DNA of 64,000 nucleotides from Alphaproteobacteria bacterium (GTDB lineage: Bacteria; Pseudomonadota; Alphaproteobacteria; Bin95): the NCBI GenBank assembly GCA_963665325.3, contig OZ224045.1, forward strand, positions 480,001 through 544,000, written 5' to 3'. The first letter of the stretch is position 1, and every line of letters starts with the position of its first letter. This document shows, piece by piece, positions 17,494 through 27,603 of the stretch. Below the pieces are notes generated by a model. It saw only the letters and a list, made by a program, of their open reading frames with translations. It was not told the DNA's origin and did no database searches. Both the position numbers and the translations under genes were made by a program.

Positions 17494-18114
17494 ATGGAGA
17501 CAGACGAGCTCCTTGAACTGATAGAGGTTCGTCGACGGGCGCTGGGCCTATCGGAGAACGAGCTTTCGCTCGCGGTGACGACCCACGGCTCTTTGGTGGC
17601 GGACATCAGGCGCGGCAGGAGCCCCAGCGCCGAGCGATTAGCTAAACTCTGCCGTGTGCTGGAGTTAGAGTTCTACGTGGGGCCGCCGCGTCCGAAGGAG
17701 TCGCCTCCTAGCCAGCCTCGGACGCCGGCCATCCTGGCCTATCCGGTGGAGGCGGCGGAGATCGCGGGCGCGGCGACGCCGAGCGGCTGCATGCTGTTCA
17801 CTGCGACCTTCCTGCGCGAGTTCGGGTTAGACCCAACCCAGTTGCTCGCCATCGAGATCGAGAACGACGAAATGAAGCCGCTTCTCATCACCGGCGGATG
17901 CGCGGTCGTCGATGTCCGCCTGACCGAGCCGGTCGAGGGCCACATCTACGCCATCGAATCGGATGAAGGCCAGCCGCTGCTGCGCCGCGTCACCAAGGCC
18001 CGCGATGGCAGTTGGCAAAGGGTGCGTGATATCCCGGTCCGCGAGCCTCAGCCCTGGCCCGGTAAAGACAAGTGCCTCGGCAGGGTCGTCTGGGCCTCGC
18101 GGATGGCGTTTTAG
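17494..18114 (+). CDS. CI-like repressor (HTH plus degenerate S24 domain)
   Basis: HTH (LSENELS...IRRGRSPSAERLAKLC), S24-like fold ending GRVVW. Confidence 0.85.
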   Translation: METDELLELIEVRRRALGLSENELSLAVTTHGSLVADIRRGRSPSAERLAKLCRVLELEFYVGPPRPKESPPSQPRTPAILAYPVEAAEIAGAATPSGCMLFTATFLREFGLDPTQLLAIEIENDEMKPLLITGGCAVVDVRLTEPVEGHIYAIESDEGQPLLRRVTKARDGSWQRVRDIPVREPQPWPGKDKCLGRVVWASRMAF

Positions 18115-18138
18115 CACGGCGATAGAGGGGGTGAGCAG

Positions 18139-18531
18139 ATGAAGCGAGCCCTAATCGCGGTGGCTGTTGTCTTGTCGGCGGTAGTGGTACTCGCTTTGCT
18201 CGGTTCGCTTGTGCCCGAGACGGACGAGGAACGGGCAGCCCGTGCTGCCGAGAAAGCCGAGGAGCGTCGAAAGGGGTTTCACTGTTTGAGCAAATGGGAC
18301 GGCGCGCACTCGGAGCTGGAATATGCGATACGGCAGAGAATGCGAGATCCCGACAGCTTCGAGCATATCGAAACGCTGATCACGCCCGTGTCTCCGCAAG
18401 GCACCCATTCGTTGATCATGCGCTTTCGGGCGCGGAACGGCTTCGGCGGAATGAGTATTGGGGAGGTGACTGCCGAGGTCGAGACCGAGGGGTGTGGTTA
18501 CACCGTTCTCACAATCGACGACGGCGCCTAA
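18139..18531 (+). CDS. Membrane-anchored protein co-oriented with the repressor
   Basis: N-terminal TM, HCLSKWDGAH, MRDPDSFEHIET, FRARNGFGG. Confidence 0.75.
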   Translation: MKRALIAVAVVLSAVVVLALLGSLVPETDEERAARAAEKAEERRKGFHCLSKWDGAHSELEYAIRQRMRDPDSFEHIETLITPVSPQGTHSLIMRFRARNGFGGMSIGEVTAEVETEGCGYTVLTIDDGA

Positions 18532-18565
18532 CCGTCTTTGCGACGCTAGACGTGTAGATTCCGCA

Positions 18566-18784
18566 CTCGATGTGGCGACTCTGGCGCTCAGGAGAGTCGC
18601 CACATCGAGAGTCGCCAGATTGAGTCGCCACCTGACGACTCGGAGTCACCCGTTTCGCATTTCTGGCGACTCTCGCGATTTTGGTCGTTTCCGCCTTGCG
18701 CGCCCCCTCCGCCCTTATTTCACTTGCCCTTCAGCCCCTCACGCCTCTTTTCACTTCTTCACGTCACCTGGCGACTCCGAGTCA
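18566..18784. repeat. Clustered GAGTCGCCA/TGGCGACTC motifs, putative transposase-binding sites of the prophage end
   Basis: Copies at 18573, 18594, 18609, 18622, 18664 and 18769. 17-bp perfect IR at 18566-18582/18593-18609. 18/20 direct repeat at 18629-18648/18765-18784. Confidence 0.75.
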
Positions 18785-18804
18785 GATCATTCCCTACTCC
18801 TACA

Positions 18805-21800
18805 CAGGCGCAGGTCGCGTGCAGCACGGCCAATGCCGACGGCTCCTATGACGTTCCCTTCGACTGGGCGCTGAAGCCCTCCGGCCTCGCCGCCGGCACC
18901 AAGTTCCGCCTGCTGTTCGCCACCTCGACGAGGCGCAACGCCTCAGCGACCGACATCGGGACCTACAACACCTTCGTGCAGACCCGCGCCAAGGCGGGCC
19001 ACAGCGCGATCTCCGACAGCTGCGGCAACCTCTTCAAGGTGGTGGGCTCGACCTCCGCGATCGACGCCCGCGTCAACACCGACACCGAATCGACCGACAC
19101 GGCGGCGCTGATCTACTGGCTGAACGGCGCCAAGGTCGCCGACAGCTACGCCGACTTCTACGACGGAAGCTGGGACAGCCGTGCGCACAGGACCGAATCG
19201 GGAGGGACCAGCAGTTATACGTTCGTATTTACAGGCAGCAATCAGGACGGCACCAAGAGCTCCTCCATTGCATTTGGTGCAGCGGCGGTTAGCACAGCCA
19301 ATCTGAACAGCGGCGGTCCACTTGCTGGCTCCGGTTCTACTGTTAACACCGCTACCCACCGCTTCCTCGCCCTCTCCCCGATCTTCACGGTAGGCACGAA
19401 GCCGCACGTGACCATTTCCGCGGGCACTTCGCCGGTGACGGAGGGCACGGCGGCGAGCTTCACCCTGAGCGTCAGCCCGGTCCCGTCGGCGCCCCTGGAT
19501 GTCGATGTGCTCGTCAGCGACAACTCCGACTTCGTCGATGCGGCCAACCTGGGCTTCAAGACGGTCACGGTCCCGGCCGGCGCCGCCACGCACGCCTACA
19601 CCGTCCCCACGGTCGACGACACCGCGGACGACGCCAGCGGTGAGGTGGCTATGGCTATCTTCCCCGGAACGGACTACACAAGGGACGCTGTTGTCGCCCG
19701 TGTCGACGTCACCGACAACGACGCCACGCTTGTGAGCCTTGTGGCGACGTCGGACGTGACCTTCACGGAGGAGACCCCGACGGACACGGCGGCGGTGACG
19801 GTGCGCCTGGCGCGGCGGCTCTACGCGGGCGAGAACCTGGCGGTGCCGTTCGAAGTCTTTGGAAGCGGGGTTGCACTCCAGGACCAGTTAAATCGAAGCT
19901 ACACCCTGTCCGTTTCGGGCACCGGAGTGACTGCAACGGACCTGACAGGCAGCACCGCCTATGTACGCTTCACCGGCCACGACACCGACATCGTGCAGGA
20001 GGCCACGGTCACCGTGACGCCGACGAGCAACGACGACGGCAACACGGCGGCCGGTTCCCTCACGATGGAACTTTCGACTCTCTCGTCCGGCGACTGGACC
20101 CACAGCTTCACCACCGTCGGCGGCGGGGGCGCGCCCCACGGCACGGACGACGAGGTGAGGCTGGTCTATGCCGACAACGACGTAATGTTCGACACCCTGA
20201 CCCTGCTCGACCTCGGCGGGCCGCGGATCCACCTGGACATCGGGACCTCGCCGGGAGTGACCGGGAGCGGGCGCGACTGGACCCTCGAGGAGGGGACCGA
20301 CATCGTGCTGCGCTTCAGCAACCTCACGAGGACCCTGCACAGCCAGGACCTCGTGGTGAACTACGCCGTGGCGGGCGCCAAACACCATGTCCCCGACGGC
20401 CACCGGGGGACCCGGTCGGTGACGCTTCCGGCGAACACGCGCTCGGTCCAGGTGACCCTTCCGACCGAGGCCACCACCGACGACGAGACCGACGCGGAGC
20501 TGTCGGTGATGCTCCTGGCCGCGACCCCCCCGATGGGGGAGACCAACACCCTGGGGACCTACACGACCAACTTCAGGCCGCTGAACTTCACGGTCACGGA
20601 CGGATCGGACGGGCACACGAACAGAATCCGTCCGCTCGTCACGGTCGAGACGTGGTACGCGAACCCCTCCAACGACCCGGACGAGCCGGACAAGGAGGAC
20701 CCGCGGATCGAGGGGGAGGACCTCCAGTTCGACGTCCGGTTGGCCCCGGCGGCGCAGGTGCCGTTCACGGTCTGGCTGAAGGTCGAGGAGACCGTCGGGA
20801 CCGGTTACGGCGACTGCGTCGCGGCCGGGCAGGAGCGGGTGCGCACGGTCCGGTTCGCGCCCGGGGTGAGCTGGCGGACGCTCCGCGTGCCGACGGTGGA
20901 CGACGACGTGGACGAACATGACTGCGAGGTGACGGTGTCGCTGGCGTCGGATGCCGCGGGCACGGTGCCCGCGCCGGCGCAGGTATTTGTCAACGTGGAT
21001 AGCGGGCCGGGCCGCGGCGGCTACGGTATCGCCGTGGGCTCCGGTTTCGACGTGAGCGGGAAGGCCGTGGCGACGCGGCTGGTCCGCGACAACGAGACCG
21101 GCCCGAAGGGGAGCGGTTCGGATGACGGGATCGGTCCCGTGACCCCGGGCGCGGGTCCGGCGGTGACGATCGCGGCGGACCGGACGCAGGTCGACGAGGG
21201 CGGCGACGTGACCTTCACGGTCACGGCGGACCCGGCGCCGGCGCGCGACCTGGAAGTGACCGTGTCGGCCGACGAGGAGATGGGCTCGGGCGACGACCGC
21301 ACCGGCGGCGGGCATTTCGGGACGGTGACGGTCCGGGCGGGCCAGACGACGGCGACGTGGACGCTGACGACGATATCGGACCAGGTCGCCCTGGCCGACG
21401 GCACGGTGACGGGGCGCATCGAGGCGGGCGACGGCTATACGGTCGGCAAGCCGTTCGAGGTGACGGTGGCGCTGCTGGACGACGACGGGGTCGTGACGCA
21501 GAGCGTGACCGATCCCGTGACCCCGGGCGTGGACGCTGCGCTGGTGGCCGAGGTGACGGCGCTGGCGGACGGACATTCCAACCCGGATGCGGCGGCGCGG
21601 CTGCGGCGCGTCGTCAAGGGCATGACCGGGGAGGACGGCGGCTACACGGCGGAGGAGTGCCGGGAGGCCGCGACCCGGCACGGCGTGCTGTCCACATGGA
21701 AGCCCTGGTGCGACGAGATTGCGCGCCGCGAGGCGCACACGCCGCCCGTGCCGCAACAGCAGCAGGTCATGACCCTGCCGGCGGTGAGCGTCTCGGCGGG

Positions 21801-23214
21801 TGCGGGCGTGACCGAGGGCGGGGATGCGGTGTTCACGGTGACGGCGAGCCCGGCGCCCGCGGCGGAGCTGTCGGTGACGGTGACCGTCGCGGCGACGGGC
21901 GACTTCGGCATCACCGCGGGCAACCGATCGGTGACGATCCCGACGACGGGCAGCGCCACGCTGACGCTGGCGACGGCGAACGACAAGGCGGACGAGCCGG
22001 ACGGCTCGGTAAGCGTGACGGTGGCGGCCGGCAACGGCTACACGGTGGGTTCCCCCGCGTCGGGCAGCGTGTCCATAGCGGACGACGACCTGCCGCCGCC
22101 GGCGGTGTCGATCGCGGCGAAGGCGGCCTCGGTGACGGAAGGCGGCGCGGCCGCCTTCACGCTGACGGCCGACCGCGCGCCGGATGCCGACCTGACGGTG
22201 ACGCTTTCGGTCGCGGAGACCGGGGGCGGCGACCATGTGGCGGCGGCGGACGAGGGTCCGGCCACGGCGGTCATCGCGAAGGGCGCAACGGAGGCGGTCT
22301 TCTCCGTCGCCACGGTGGACGACGACGTGGACGAGCCGGACGGCTCGGTCACGGTGACGCTGAAGGACGGCGGGGGCTACACGGTCTCGCCGTCGCAGGG
22401 CGCGGCCGCGGTGACGGTCTCCGACAACGACGCGGCGGCGCTCCCGTCGCTGTCGGTGGCCGACGTGACGATCGAGGAGGACGCGTGGATGGAGTTCACG
22501 GTGCGCCTTTCGGCGCCTTCGGCAGGGGGCGTTTCGGTGAAGGTGTCGACGCGCGATTCGACCCCGGTCTCGGCGACGGCGCGGAAGGACTACTGGCCGC
22601 TGTCCGGACGGACGGTGAGCTTCCGCGCGGGCGAGACCGAGCGGTCCGTCGGGGTCATCGTCTTCGACGACAGCCATGACGAGGAGGCGGAGACGTTCGA
22701 GGTTGTGCTGTCGGATGCCAGGGGCGCGGCGATCGCCGACGGGGTCGCGGTCGGGACGATCGTGAACGACGACCCGATGCCGGCGGCGTGGCTGGCGCGG
22801 TTCGGGCGCACGGTGGCGGAGCAGGCGCTGGACGGGATCGCGGGCCGCATGGCGGCGGACCGCACGGCCGGCATGCAGGGCTCGATCGCCGGGCAGGCGC
22901 TCTCGTTCGATCCGGCCGCCAACGACAATGCGACCCCGGGCCATGCCGCCTCCGGGTCTCCGGCCTCCGGAGGGACCGGCGCGCTGGCGCTGGCCGATGT
23001 CGCGCGGGCGTTCGGCGGCCAGTCCGGCCATTCCGGCCCGGCCGGCTTCGGTCATGACGCGGCCGGGTTCGGCAGCGGCTTCGACGGAATGCAGCCGCAA
23101 TCGCGGACCATGACGATGCAAGACGTCCTGCTGGGCAGCAGTTTCTCGCTGACCGGCGCGACGGACGGCTCGGGCGGCAGCATGGCGTTCTGGGGCCGTG
23201 CGGCGCAGGGCGGC
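18805..23214 (+). pseudogene. Giant autotransporter adhesin, N-terminal/passenger part (lectin/endostatin-like domain plus Calx-beta repeats), disrupted
   Basis: Starts QAQ with no signal peptide. Repeated VTEG..FT...TVDD..DE.DG.VTV motifs, then NDDPMPAAWLARFGRTVA. The stop TGA is supplied by the transposon end. Confidence 0.85.
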
Positions 23215-23361
23215 TGAGCGGGCGCAGGCTTTCAGCGGCGATCAGGGGCTGATCGGCTCGGATTAATCGAGGTTTTGGATTGGGTGCCCCCCGGCGATCT
23301 TGCAAGAAGGCCGCCGGAGGGCTTGTCTCGGTGACAGTGACATCAACCTGAGACGGCCCCA

Positions 23362-23976
23362 ATGTCGCACAAGCTGTTCCGGCACTCCAATCTCTCCAAC
23401 GCCCGGGTTTGGGATTTTCTGAAGCAGGTCGACGCGGCCGAGGCGGAGGCGTGCCGGGCGGCGGGTTGCCCGCGCTGCGGCGGCGCGCTTCACAGCGCGA
23501 GCTACCCGCGCAAGCCGCACGGTCTGGCGGCGAATCTTCGGAACGACGTTCGGCGCTTCAGCCTGTGCTGTTCGGTGTGCCGACGCCGCGTGAAGCCGCC
23601 GTCGGTGCGTTTCTTCGGCAGGCGCTTTTACGTCGGGGCGCTGTTCCTTGTGGTGAGTGCGCTGGCTGTGGCCGGCGGCGCGCGGTTGCAGACGATCGCG
23701 CGGCGGTGCGGGGTTCCGGCCTCGACGCTGAAGCGCTGGCGGCGCTGGTGGCTGGAAGCCTTCCCGCTGACCCGGGAGTGGCAGGCGAGACGGGGCGAGC
23801 TGGCGGCGCCGCCCGAAGAGGCGCCGCTGCGCCGGCTGCTGCGCATCATGCGGGGCCGTGGCTTCCGCTCGCGGCTGCTGCGGAGCCTGGTCTGGCTGAT
23901 GCCGTGGACCGGCTTTTGCGCGCTCGGCGCAGGTCCGGCTTCGCCCGCAGAAAGCGTTTCTATGATGCACGGATAG
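23362..23976 (+). CDS. Zn-finger/HTH transposon accessory protein (DUF6431-like)
   Basis: CPRCGG...RFSLCCSVCRRR..PPSVRF, C-terminal HTH (GVPASTLKRWRRWW). Confidence 0.75.
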   Translation: MSHKLFRHSNLSNARVWDFLKQVDAAEAEACRAAGCPRCGGALHSASYPRKPHGLAANLRNDVRRFSLCCSVCRRRVKPPSVRFFGRRFYVGALFLVVSALAVAGGARLQTIARRCGVPASTLKRWRRWWLEAFPLTREWQARRGELAAPPEEAPLRRLLRIMRGRGFRSRLLRSLVWLMPWTGFCALGAGPASPAESVSMMHG

Positions 23977-24024
23977 GGCACCGCATCATCGGCACCTCCA
24001 CGAAGCAGCGAGGGGGATGCCGGA

Positions 24025-25499
24025 ATGAACAGCAACGACGGGAGCGAGCGTCGCGACCGGTGGGCGCGGTTGCGCTTCGCGGTGGTCGGGCCGCTTCTGG
24101 CCTCGCCGCCGCCGGCGGGGCGGCTGCACGCCGAGCTTGAGCGGCTTGCCGAACGCGAGTGGGATCACCCGTCCGGCAAGGGCCGGGTGCGCTTCGCGGT
24201 GTCCACGATCGAGCGCTGGTACTACCAGGCGCGGGCGGCGGACAACGATCCGGTGGGGGCGCTCAAGCGGCGCCCGCGCGCCGATGCCGGGCGCCCGCGC
24301 GCGATGTCGCCGACGCTGATCGAGGCGCTGCACGAGCAGTACCGGGCGCATCCGTCGTGGTCGGCGCAGCTTCATCACGAGAATCTGGCCGCGCGGGTCG
24401 AGGCCGATCCCGAGCTCGGCCCGATACCGTCCTACGCGACGCTGACCCGGGCGATGCGGGCTCGCGGGCTGGTACGCAAGCGCCGGCGCAAGTGGCATGA
24501 GAGCGAGGCCAGGCCGGCGGTCGAAGCCCGCGAGGTATTGAGCTACGAGGTCTCGCGCTCTCACGCCCTGTGGCACGCCGACATGCACAGCGCCAAGCGT
24601 CGCGTGCTGACCGCCTCGGGCGAGTGGAAGACGCCGATCCTGCTCGGCTTCCTCGACGACCACTCGCGCCTCGGCTGCCACCTTCAGTGGTACCTCGCCG
24701 AGACCGCCGAGGTGTTCGTCCACGGCCTTTGCCAGGCCTTCATGAAGCGCGGTCTGCCGAGGTCCCTGCTGACCGACAACGGCGCGGCGATGACCGCGGG
24801 CGAGGTCGAGGAGGGGTTGCACCGGCTCGGCATCGCGGGGGTCACGACGCTCGCTTACAGCCCCCATCAGAACGGCAAGATCGAGTCGTTCTGGGGCACG
24901 GTCGAATCGCGCCTGATGGCTCAGCTCGAAGGCGTCGACGCGCTTACCTTGAAGATGCTCAACGACGCCACCATCGCCTGGCTGGAGCAGGACTATCACC
25001 GCCGCAAGCACCGCGAGCTCGGCATGACGCCGCATCAACGCCTGGCCGGGAGCGTCGACGCGTCGAGATCCTGCCCCGGCTCGGCCGAGCTCAAGGCGGC
25101 CTTCCGCATCACCAGGAAGCGCACGCTCAGGCGCTCGGACGGCACCGTCTCGGTCGAGGGCATCCGCTACCAGGTGCCACAGCCGTGGCGCCACCTGCGC
25201 GAGGCCTGGATCCGTTACGCGCGCTGGAACCTCGCCAGCGTCGATCTGATCGACGGTCGAGGCGGCGAGCGCCTGTGCACGCTGTACCCCTCGACAAGCG
25301 CGGCAACGCCGATGGCGTGCGCCGTCCCGCCGGCCCCGGCGGCAACGATGGCAATGGCGGCGCGGGGACGGGGGAACTTCCGCCGCTGCTCAAGGGCATG
25401 CTCGACGCCCAGGCCGCAACCGGCCTGCCGCCGGCCTGGCTGCCCCATGACAAGACGCCCGGTCCGGGCGAGGACGAAGATCGGGGAGATGCGCCATGA
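24025..25499 (+). CDS. DDE integrase/transposase with -1 frameshift at about 25290
   Basis: WHADMH, LTDNGAAM, NGKIESFW. The C-terminus LDKRGNADG...ELPPLL...TGLPPAWLP lies in the frame ending at 25499, which overlaps the next ATG. Confidence 0.88.
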
Positions 25500-26329
25500 A
25501 CCGGGAACTGCTCACCTTCTACGGGCTCAAGTGGAACCCCTTCGCCACCGACCTGCCGGTCGACAGTCTCATGGCGACGCCTGCCGTCGACAGCTTCTGC
25601 CTCAGGATCGAGCGCCACCTGGTGCGCCAGGGCGGCTTCGCCTTGATCGCCGGCGAGCCCGGCGCCGGAAAGAGTGTGGCGTTGCGCCTGCTCGCCGACC
25701 GTCTCGGCCGCTGCGAGGGGCTCAGCATCGCCGCCATCACCCATCCCTCCTCCCGGCTGTCCGACTTCTACCGCGAGATCGGCGAGATGTTCGGCGTCGA
25801 CCTGATGTACAACAACCGCTGGGCCAGCTTCAAAAGCCTGCGCGAGCGCTGGCTCGCCCATGTCGACGATACCCGCATGCGCCCCGTCGTGCTCGTCGAC
25901 GAGGCCCAGGAGCTGCTGCCCTCGGTGTTCTCCGAGATCCGCCTGCTGGCTTCGACCGACTTCGACTCGCGCGCCATCCTCTCGGTCGTCCTCGCCGGCG
26001 ACACGCGCCTGCTCGACAAGCTCCGCCAGCCCGATCTGCAGCCCATCGCCTCGCGCATCCGCCAGCGCCTGGTCATGACCAAGGCCGAGGCCGGCGACCT
26101 CGCGGCCCTGCTCGACCATCTGATCGAGCAGGCCGGCAATCCCGGCCTCATGACCGCGGGCCTCAAGGACACCCTGGTCGCCCATGCCGACGGCAACCCG
26201 CGGGCGCTCACCGTCATGGCCGACGCCCTGCTCGCCGCCGCCGCCGAGAAGGAGCGCGAGGTCCTCGACGAGAAGCTCTTCATCGAGACCCTGGGCGAAC
26301 CCGCCAAGCCGAGGAGGGCGCGGCGGTGA
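25496..26329 (+). CDS. ExeA-like AAA+ ATPase (transposon helper)
   Basis: FYGLKWNPF, GEPGAGKS, VLVDEAQEL, PIASRIR, GNPRAL. Confidence 0.88.
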   Translation: MNRELLTFYGLKWNPFATDLPVDSLMATPAVDSFCLRIERHLVRQGGFALIAGEPGAGKSVALRLLADRLGRCEGLSIAAITHPSSRLSDFYREIGEMFGVDLMYNNRWASFKSLRERWLAHVDDTRMRPVVLVDEAQELLPSVFSEIRLLASTDFDSRAILSVVLAGDTRLLDKLRQPDLQPIASRIRQRLVMTKAEAGDLAALLDHLIEQAGNPGLMTAGLKDTLVAHADGNPRALTVMADALLAAAAEKEREVLDEKLFIETLGEPAKPRRARR

Positions 26330-27324
26330 AGGGCTTCCCGACACGGGCGCCGGCGGAGCTCGAAGAGCGCCCCCAGGCGCGCCGCTGGATGGTCGAGGCG
26401 TTGTGGTCCGAGCAGGGCGTCGGCATCGTCGGCGGCGAGCCCAAGTGCGGCAAATCCTTCCTCGCACTCGACATCGCCGTCGCGGTCGCCGCCGGCGTCC
26501 CCTGCCTGCGCCACTTCCGTCCCGCCGCAAGCGGCCCCGTGCTGCTGTTCGCCGCCGAGGACGCCGGCCATATCGTGCGCGCACGCCTCCAGGGCATCGC
26601 AAAGGCGGCAGGCACCGCGTTCGAGACCCTCGACATCGCCGTCATCGACGTGCCCACGCTGCGTCTCGACCATCGCGCCGATCGCCAGCGCCTGGTCGAG
26701 ACGGTGGAGCGCGTCTCACCCCGCCTCGTCGTCCTCGACCCCCTCGTGCGCCTGCACGGCGTCGACGAAAATACCGTCGCCGAGGTCGCCCCCATGCTGG
26801 GCTTCCTGCGCGACATACAGCGCCGCTTCGAAACCGCCGTCCTCCTCGTCCATCACGCACGAAAGAGCGGCGGCTCCCGGCCCGGGCAGGCGCTGCGCGG
26901 CAGCAGCGAACTTCACGCCTGGGGCGATTCGAATCTGTACCTGCGCCGGCGAGACCGCCAGATCCTCATGACCGTCGAGCATCGCGACGCCCCTGGCCTC
27001 GAAGACCTCGAGATCGAACTCGCCGACGACGACGAGCGCCCCGCCCTGCGGTTGCGCGAGACGCCGGAAGACCAGGCGCCGGAGCCGGATACCCCCGAAC
27101 GGCGCATCCTGCAGGCCCTCGCCGACGCCGACGCGCCGCTCTCCCAGCGCCGGATCCGCGAGCGCGCGGCAACCCGGCCCGCAACCGTCGCCGAGGCGCT
27201 GCACAGGCTCGTCCGCGAAGGACGCGTCGAGCGCGCATCCGAAGGCGGATACCGCCTCGCCGCCCTCAACGGCAACGACCGCAGGGACACGTTACCGAAA
27301 ACCGTTACCGCCTCGAACCCCTAG
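26326..27324 (+). CDS. RecA-fold RepA-like helicase (AAA_25) with C-terminal wHTH
   Basis: RWMVEALW, GGEPKCGKSF, LFAAED, VVLDPL, LLVHHARK, LRGSSELHAWGD, LSQRRIRE...VAEALHRLVREG. Confidence 0.85.
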   Translation: MKGFPTRAPAELEERPQARRWMVEALWSEQGVGIVGGEPKCGKSFLALDIAVAVAAGVPCLRHFRPAASGPVLLFAAEDAGHIVRARLQGIAKAAGTAFETLDIAVIDVPTLRLDHRADRQRLVETVERVSPRLVVLDPLVRLHGVDENTVAEVAPMLGFLRDIQRRFETAVLLVHHARKSGGSRPGQALRGSSELHAWGDSNLYLRRRDRQILMTVEHRDAPGLEDLEIELADDDERPALRLRETPEDQAPEPDTPERRILQALADADAPLSQRRIRERAATRPATVAEALHRLVREGRVERASEGGYRLAALNGNDRRDTLPKTVTASNP

Positions 27325-27603
27325 GGAGAGAGGGTAACGGTAACGGGTAACACCGCTCCCATTGTCACACTGCGTAAAGCGGCCGGCCCGTGGCCGGAAG
27401 CTTGCTTACGGCCATGGATGCACTCCGTCGGAGGGACGGCGGCGGGTCACCCGAAGGGCCGGAGCGCAGCGCAGGAGCCGCGAAGCGGCTTGACGCGCCG
27501 ACGGCCGTCCGACACCCCCGCCGTCACGCCCGGCCCGACGCCTGAAAACCATCGAACAACGTGACCATCCCGCCATCAGATACCGAGAGCACACTCAGGC
27601 GGC

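Larger units (their letters stand above)
1..18804 (-). mobile_element. Mu-like transposable prophage, early/left part (continues beyond window start)
   Basis: Mu gene order c-ner/cro-A-B-gam-gemA-mor-lysis-terminase-portal-F. Repeated GAGTCGCCA motifs at 18573-18777 end at ...CCTACA (18804), which is a TG end on the minus strand. Confidence 0.93.
23215..27597 (+). mobile_element. 4383-bp four-gene DDE transposon, TGAG...CTCA ends, 6-bp TSD GGCGGC
   Basis: GGCGGC at 23209-23214 and 27598-27603. Removing the element restores the frame WGRAAQGG-FDGREGTFSLDG. Confidence 0.92.

Noticed and set aside
18724-18804. Annotated start of the 1497-aa adhesin ORF
   Set aside because: TTG start with no RBS or signal peptide, lying within the phage-end repeats.
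18805-19400. Diversity-generating retroelement target (lectin-like fold)
   Set aside because: No reverse transcriptase and no TR/VR repeat pair noticed in the window.
24025-27324. 1099-aa transposase-helicase fusion ORF
   Set aside because: The middle third is out-of-frame low-complexity sequence overlapping the real ATPase gene. It results from the frameshift at about 25290.
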